From contig OZ116712.1 of NCBI GenBank assembly GCA_964199315.1, positions 4,402,001 to 4,466,000 of the forward strand: a stretch of 64,000 nucleotides of DNA, written 5' to 3'. The DNA comes from Orbicella franksi. Its lineage: Eukaryota. The notes beneath the pieces are model-generated. The model did no database searches and was not told where the DNA came from. It saw nothing but the letters and a program-made list of their open reading frames with translations. Positions 57,660 through 64,000 of the stretch are shown in pieces. Positions within the stretch are counted from its first letter, which is position 1. Each line of letters opens with the position of its first letter. The translations under genes were made by a program, and so were the position numbers.

Positions 57660-59344
57660 TTGTTTCAATATTCAGTAGTTTTCAGTTTGTACCGATAGTG
57701 TGTTGAAATGCACGGTCTTTATGACGTCATGTTTATATAGTGTTATGTCTAATTTAGGACTTGAGCTAATCTAGTCAAGTATTATGAGGTAAAGAATTAA
57801 CATTGAAAAGTCGAAACCATGAAGTAAGCGTGTGGGACAAGCGGGTCTAAAAGATTTTTCGTTTTCAGTGAAGTGTCAAAGAAACTGTATACTTTTCTAA
57901 TAGTCGAGGAAGTTTGTGAGCAGTAATTGAGGTTAATACTGTTTTCAGATACTGATTTGTTTTATAAAGATTGATTTTCACTACGACATAAGCAGAAGCA
58001 TAAACATAATGGTAGGGAGGACGTCCACAGCACAAGCATAAGCTCGTAAGCACGCGCAGAAAGGATAATTAGCTTATTTTCGATTCCATACCTCCTCGGT
58101 ACAGTAAAACAAGATGGCGGACTTTTGATTATACTCATCCTTACAGCAGCGCGTTCTCACTTCACATAAGCATAAACACATAAAGGACAAAAGTTTTTGT
58201 TCTCCTTGTGCTTGTGTTGTGCGCGTCCCCACTTCCGTTATGCTTGTGCTTGTTCTTATGTCGTAGTGAAAACCACGCTTAACAGGTTGTTTTTTTGTAC
58301 ATGTCAGCTTTGTTTTTGTAAGATTGAACTGTTTAAAATAAGAAGGTTAACCCCAGGGTAATAGTGATTAGAAGAAGATTGTCATTTTCATGACTTTTTG
58401 AAAAAGCCCTATGAGGTCTGGTAAAATATAACACTAAAATTTAAATTACGTAAAATGATGCTGCAATAACTAAGTCCCGTTTAGGGAGATATTTGAACAA
58501 AAACCATAAGCTTGTCTTATTACATGGTTCACTGTAAAACAAGTTGGTAGTATTTTTTTTAGAACTATTGGAAGTTTTAACATAAACTTCTCAAAACGTA
58601 AACAATTGGACACGGTATAACTTGTAAATCTGTTTGTAATGTTATGTAATGAGGATGTAAACGTAAAGCTAAGAACGTTCAGTCGCATGCAGTCTGAAAT
58701 TTAGCGAAATTTGTGACCAAATTCATTGTTCGTCTGTGAGATAGCCGCCCTTGTCGAAAGAAAAATTCGCAATGTTGTCTCTCGGAAAGGGCGGCTGTAA
58801 CACAGGCAAAATAATTTTTTTTTGCAAATGTTAATGTCGTTGTAGAATGTTTATAGTGGTCGATGCGCTTAGCTACAGCTACCAAGTTCTCAGGCATGCC
58901 ACTTTTAAAAACTGAAAGAAAGAACATCTCAAAATATGCAAATATGCAGCTTTAAACAGAGCTAAACATCCAGAGTGTTGTCATTGTTCTGCTTTCAGCT
59001 GAACTTAGTGCCAATTTGAATAAAATTTTGGGCTACCAAAATATTTTCCTGTAGTTTTGTCCTCATTTGAAGTTCGCAAAGTTGTGGGTGTGGTAGAATA
59101 CATGTACGTGAAATTGCTTTCAATTTGCTTATTCCAGGTTGCATTTAATATGAGCTATAAGAATTTTTTATGATATCTCTCTGTTACTAAGTACGCTGTG
59201 ATTGGTCAATTTAGTGGGGCCTACTCTACTGTGCGACTGGAATGGAGTGGTCCGCCAGTCACCGGGTCAAGAGTATATGTGCGCAAGACCGTGCGTAAGT
59301 GTTCATGGTATTGCCTGCGGGCAACAGAGAATCTTCTGTGTTAA

Positions 59345-61011
59345 ACTGCACCTAACCCCAAAAATGTTTTTTTCGCTAGAACGAATCTACTTATTATTTG
59401 AAATAGTTCTGCGAAAAATTTTTTTGAATTCCGTTAAATCCTCGATTTTCTGTGCCACGACGAAATCTCGAAAATAGCTCCAAAACACCGCCATTTTGTT
59501 TCACGACCGAGTTTGAGGAGAATGGGTCCAGCGGCTCTTGTGAATTTAAAGAAAGATATACTGTACAATTTACTGACGATGATCGGCTAATGGTGCAATA
59601 AAGACGTACTGTAAACGATGGTTGATTTTGTCGAACCGAAACAAGCGAACTGAATCTGTGAGAACCATTGAAGAACTCTCACTGGAATTTGTTCCGCAGA
59701 CTTTCGAACGCTATTTTCATAAATTTTCGGCTTAAAGCTAACCAGCAATTTGTAGAAATACTACCTACAACCTATATCTTCCAATCCCGCAGTATTTATA
59801 ACATAACCGGCAAAGTTGTGTGATCCGGTCATGATCAAGAAGCGTTATACTGATATGTAAATAGATCGCAAATGTACGCCGCTAACCAACACTTATTTCT
59901 CTTTCGATTTAGATGAAAGTCGAAGATTAATCCTCTAGAATTACATGATAACAAAATTGTTAGACTCACAGAGTTTTTCGAAGGTTTGGAAATCAGCAGT
60001 GCGACAAAGATTCTGTGCAATAGCGTCGAAAATATGACCGCGTAACATTATCTGCGGACCGCTTAGGGAACACATCCTTTTCGCTTATCCGACGAATTTC
60101 ACTGCAAACTTTGAGAACAATTTACATTGGTTATTTGGAGTTACGATTTAAAACGTGTGACAATGTGAAATCGGTAATTGTATGAAATGTTTCCTTCCGC
60201 CTTGCTTCCCGCAGCTTCAAAAATACAGGTCCAAACAATACGATTTTCAATCGATCGAAGCCAATGTTTTGGAGGTCATCAAGTCTCGAAAACTGCAACA
60301 CGTACGTCGCTCTTATAAACATGAAGCATTCAACTGAAAGTAAAGCACAAACTGGATTTAACAGAACCTTGACAAAATACATTCTCGGTAAGGACAAATG
60401 TAAACGGGCTATAAACACGCGTGGGAATCTTATGTTTAGTTGACGAAATTACCATCCAAAGCAGTCCTTGAGTTTTCTTTCCTGCTTTTCGTTTGCCTGC
60501 TCCTCCACTTCGTATCTAGCTTTCCATTCCTAATATACAAGCAGCTCGTCCGCAAAGACGTCTTCCCCGTCGTCGCTTGAAATGTTGTAAATTGCTCTCA
60601 AAGCTCTAAGTAGTGAGTTCACAGTTGTCGAACGTGCTCGATCGAAGTTTATTTCGGAGCCTTCCGAATCGAAACTTAACTCTGACTCCAGTGACGAAAA
60701 AGAAATGATTCTGAGACAAAACTTGGACGTTTTAGTCCCAAAATACATCGGAACGATTAGTTTTGCGTTCTATTTTCTCGAGCAAATACAGAGAGTTGAC
60801 TGAGGCGCTATTGTGTTTGGTTCCTGGGTAGACGTCATCAGGTACCGCCGCCCCAGACTCCCTAAAACGCGGTCGTGAAACACTTAATCGCGACTTTAAA
60901 AGGGCATAGAAAATCGAGGATTCAACCAAATTCAAAAGTTTCTTCGCCCAAATGCTTCAAATAAAGTCTAGATTTGTTTTAGCGAAAAAAAACTTGGGGG
61001 TTAGGTGCACT
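59345..61011. mobile_element. Second copy of the Kolobok-like element (1667 bp; 125-bp internal deletion, 5-bp insertion)
   Basis: TTAA|actgcacctaacccc...ggggttaggtgcact|TTAA at the same site as 37128-38914, so it was inherited through the segmental duplication. Confidence 0.85.
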
Positions 61012-62775
61012 TTAAGGAAAAACGTTAACGTAGCATTGTGCTGGTTTGAATATAACCCAGCCAAATTGGTTTCTAGAGTAAACTTCTGTCCTGTCAGCTA
61101 AATTGGCGATTTAAAATTCGCCGCAATGGAGAACTTTAAAGTGTCTAATGTTTTTCTCTGTTTTCTTTTCAGGTAACAAAGGTTTCCAATCTTATTTTAC
61201 GTTTCGCGCACTACTTCGTTACTGATGTGTGAAACAGGTTCGTTAGGTCTGAAGTCAGTATTACGCGTTGTCCCTCCAGACCAGTGGCATTGATATGTAT
61301 ATATCGAAAATCTGTAACCCAATGTGTGTCACGTTTAAACAAACAAACAAACAAACGAACCAACAAACTAGCAAACAAACCTTCCATGCCGGCTCCCTTT
61401 GATAAAGAAGAAAAGAAATGTAAAAGCCCATTAAGAAAATATTGCTCTGGAACCTCTATTTTCATACACCGTTTGAAAGACTCTGTTGTTGCTTATCTAT
61501 TGTTTTGAGAACTAATTAGCTTCTGTTTAGATCGCAATGAATGTTATAGGTTGTTATACTGAGCCGCGCAAGGTCCATCTTTACATCAGTATTTGGAAAG
61601 GAAAAATACATCTTTTTTGTTTCATAAGAATCAGTGTTTTATAAGAATATTGAGGCTGAAATTGGCAACATTTTAAGAATGAGTTTAGAATGCCAATACA
61701 GAGACTTTCTTTAGAACAATTTTTTTTTGTTTTTGATGGAAAATAAAGTACAACAAAATACATGGTGTTTTTAATGATATTCATCTATTATTACGTGCGC
61801 TGTGATTGGTCAATTTAGTTGGTTAAACAATAAGAATATTCCGCCTGGGCATGAAAAATGTGAATTCTTAACTCTTACAAAGAATGAATAAATAAAAGAG
61901 TGCATTTGTTCCCCTTTCTTTACCTCGACCATGGCCTCGTTTCTCCTTACTCTCCCCCCCCCTCCCCCCGCCATTTTGTTACAATTGAGAAAAGTGTGGT
62001 CGATAGGTAATTCGTGTACTTTTCCTTCTTCGCAAAAAGAAAATTACAAAACGTTTTTTCAAAAACTTCATTTATTAATACCTATGTACTAGACTAGACG
62101 AATGATTTGTGTGTAACTACTTCCTGGGTATGAAAAATATCTGTTCTTACAAAAAAGAGTGTTCATCCTTTCTAAGTTTTTTGACAATCTCTGACAATCC
62201 CTAACGGTATGTTTTACTTTGTAGTGATGCTCATATTCATCAGTTCAAGCCGATATAAATGTTGGCTGGCAAGGAGCGAGATATTGGCTTGGGAAAATAC
62301 AATGACTCACTTCGCTGTATGGGGCAACCCGCGCCGAACATTCAGGCCGATAAATGTTAGCTTGCGAAAGCGTACCAGCCCCTTGCAGCGTGCACTAACC
62401 ACAAGCCAAGTCTTGATATGTTAACTTGCGTGAGCATATATAGTAACTTCCGTTATGGACACCTGAATAATAATTTTTTTAAAGCTTAAACGAAATTAAG
62501 AAGCTGGATTTTAGCGATGAATGCAAACAAACATGAAATTAAGCATAGCGTGTCAAACACGAAAGGAGGCATAAAATCCACTCGAAAACCCAACTAAAGC
62601 CCAATCTTCCCATCTATCGGATCTAAACAAGCGCCCAGTCAATTAGTAGAATTGATTGCGATCACTTGACTCTCGTAAACCGACAAACTTATGATTAGCT
62701 GCCAACTTGTTGTGCGCTTCGCGCACACAACAAACTCTAGCGCGATTTGCATTTAACCTAGACATAACTATTTTT

Positions 62776-62822
62776 GTGACATTTGATTGGCTCCAAACAG
62801 ACAGTTATGACGTCAATTATTT
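62776..62822 (+). promoter_or_regulatory. Conserved proximal promoter block, copy 9 (perfect TGACGTCA)
   Basis: gtgacatttgattggctccaaacagacagttatgacgtcaattatt. Confidence 0.55.
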
Positions 62823-62899
62823 CGCTTTTCTCGAAAACTAAAGTAAAACCTTGCGGCAGGTGTGTTTCGCAAGCTTCCCTAAACAAGCGACGCCTAGCG

Positions 62900-64000
62900 A
62901 TGGAGTCCCTTTTGAAAGACCCCAAGAAACGTCTTGAATGCACGATTTGTCTCGATACCTACAGCGAACCCAAAACTATATCATGTCTACACACATTTTG
63001 CTGTCAGTGTTTGGAAAATCATGCAAGAGCTAGCCACAGACAAGGAAAGTTCCGTTGTCCAGAGTGTCAAGCGCAAATCGATCTGCCCGAAGGAAATCGT
63101 TTCCAAAGCTTGCCGAGCAGTTTTTTCCACAACAGTTTGTTGAGTCTCCTTACCGTTCGACGGAGTGGCGATGGAAGTAATATGGCTTGTTCCCAATGTA
63201 GGAAAAACAACTCTCAGATGTACTATTGCTTTGACTGTGGACGGTTTATGTGCCCAGACTGTTACAACGCACACGAAATGCTGAGCGCATCGTTCGAAGG
63301 ACATAAAGTCACGCCAGTGAAGGAGTTTAAAGCAGAAGATTACGAAGCCTTGCTGAAGCGACAACCATTTTGTTCACAGCAGTTCCACGAGAAAGAAATC
63401 ACGAGATTTTTCTGTTTTTCATGCCAAGCTTGTGTTTGCCAAATTTGCATAGTCACTGATCACCGAAATCACGACATCGTTTTACTCGACAAAGCAGCTC
63501 ATGACGAGAAACCCAACATCATGTCTGGCGCTGAAATGATCAACGAAAGGGTGAGCGAGCTTATTGAAGTGATTCGACAATTTGAAGAAAAGGCTTCTAA
63601 GTTGGAAAACAATGTCACAACCGCTAAACGCGAAGTCTCGCAAGTTGCTGGGCAGATGATCGAAGTGATTCGAGAGCGCGAGCGTGAGTCCATTATATCA
63701 CTCGAGACAGCACGCGTGACGAGACTTGAGAGAATCAACTCCGCCATCAAGGAAGCTCAGTCTCTGCTCAAACAAATGAAGCAAGCAGTTGAGTTTGCTA
63801 GAAATCTGACAGAGAGAAGCTCAAGCTCGGATATCATGAGGAACAAGGACACTTTGAAACGACGATTTGAAGTATTGGGTGAAATTGAAGTTCCAAAACA
63901 TGATGAGACCTCATTCGTCAAATTTACCGCTGCTTCTTCAAAGAACTTGAAATTAGGTTTTATTGAGACAATCCCAAAGGTAGACGCAAAGAGATCAACG
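62900..64000 (+). CDS. TRIM-NHL copy 9, partial (RING to end of coiled coil; continues beyond the window)
   Basis: ATG at 62900 (MESLLKDPKKRLECTIC...), collinear with copy 1 with no net indel to the window end. It is absent from the ORF track because there is no stop in the window. Confidence 0.9.
   Translation, partial: MESLLKDPKKRLECTICLDTYSEPKTISCLHTFCCQCLENHARASHRQGKFRCPECQAQIDLPEGNRFQSLPSSFFHNSLLSLLTVRRSGDGSNMACSQCRKNNSQMYYCFDCGRFMCPDCYNAHEMLSASFEGHKVTPVKEFKAEDYEALLKRQPFCSQQFHEKEITRFFCFSCQACVCQICIVTDHRNHDIVLLDKAAHDEKPNIMSGAEMINERVSELIEVIRQFEEKASKLENNVTTAKREVSQVAGQMIEVIRERERESIISLETARVTRLERINSAIKEAQSLLKQMKQAVEFARNLTERSSSSDIMRNKDTLKRRFEVLGEIEVPKHDETSFVKFTAASSKNLKLGFIETIPKVDAKRST

Larger units (their letters stand above)
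42921..63370 (+). repeat. Copy 2 of the tandem segmental duplication (approximate ends)
   Basis: Collinear with 20975-42920, with copy-specific insertions and deletions. Confidence 0.75.

Overview
Eukaryotic (animal) genomic DNA. A cnidarian, probably a stony coral, is inferred from the repeat families and this kind of TRIM expansion. The window is a head-to-tail (+ strand) tandem array of nine intronless TRIM-NHL genes with the architecture RING - B-box1 - B-box2 - coiled coil - filamin/Ig - six NHL blades (TRIM71/LIN-41-type). Starts are at 3412, 9175, 20506, 27461, 33189, 42452, 50036, 55449 and 62900; the last runs off the window. Five copies are intact. Copy 1 has a 360-bp in-frame NHL deletion, a frameshift and a damaged promoter. 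Copy 4 starts with GTG instead of ATG, and copy 7 has a 1-bp frameshift. The RING/B-box/coiled-coil part is nearly invariant. The two loops per NHL blade that form the ligand-binding top face are hypervariable and mostly lack the basic RNA-binding residues of LIN-41. Several copies are mosaics (unequal crossover or gene conversion). A ~21-kb three-gene block is tandemly duplicated, and gene-less 'ghost' flank modules mark lost copies. The best candidate system is a recombining, diversifying recognition repertoire coupled to an E3 ligase; this is inferred, not demonstrated. Intergenic DNA carries many non-autonomous transposons: a 1-kb foldback, a Kolobok-like element, Tigger-like MITEs, TAG-terminal elements with 9-bp TSDs, a tRNA-derived TIR element and an L2-type LINE fragment. 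Many have empty sites in paralogous modules. All alignments and counts were done by eye.
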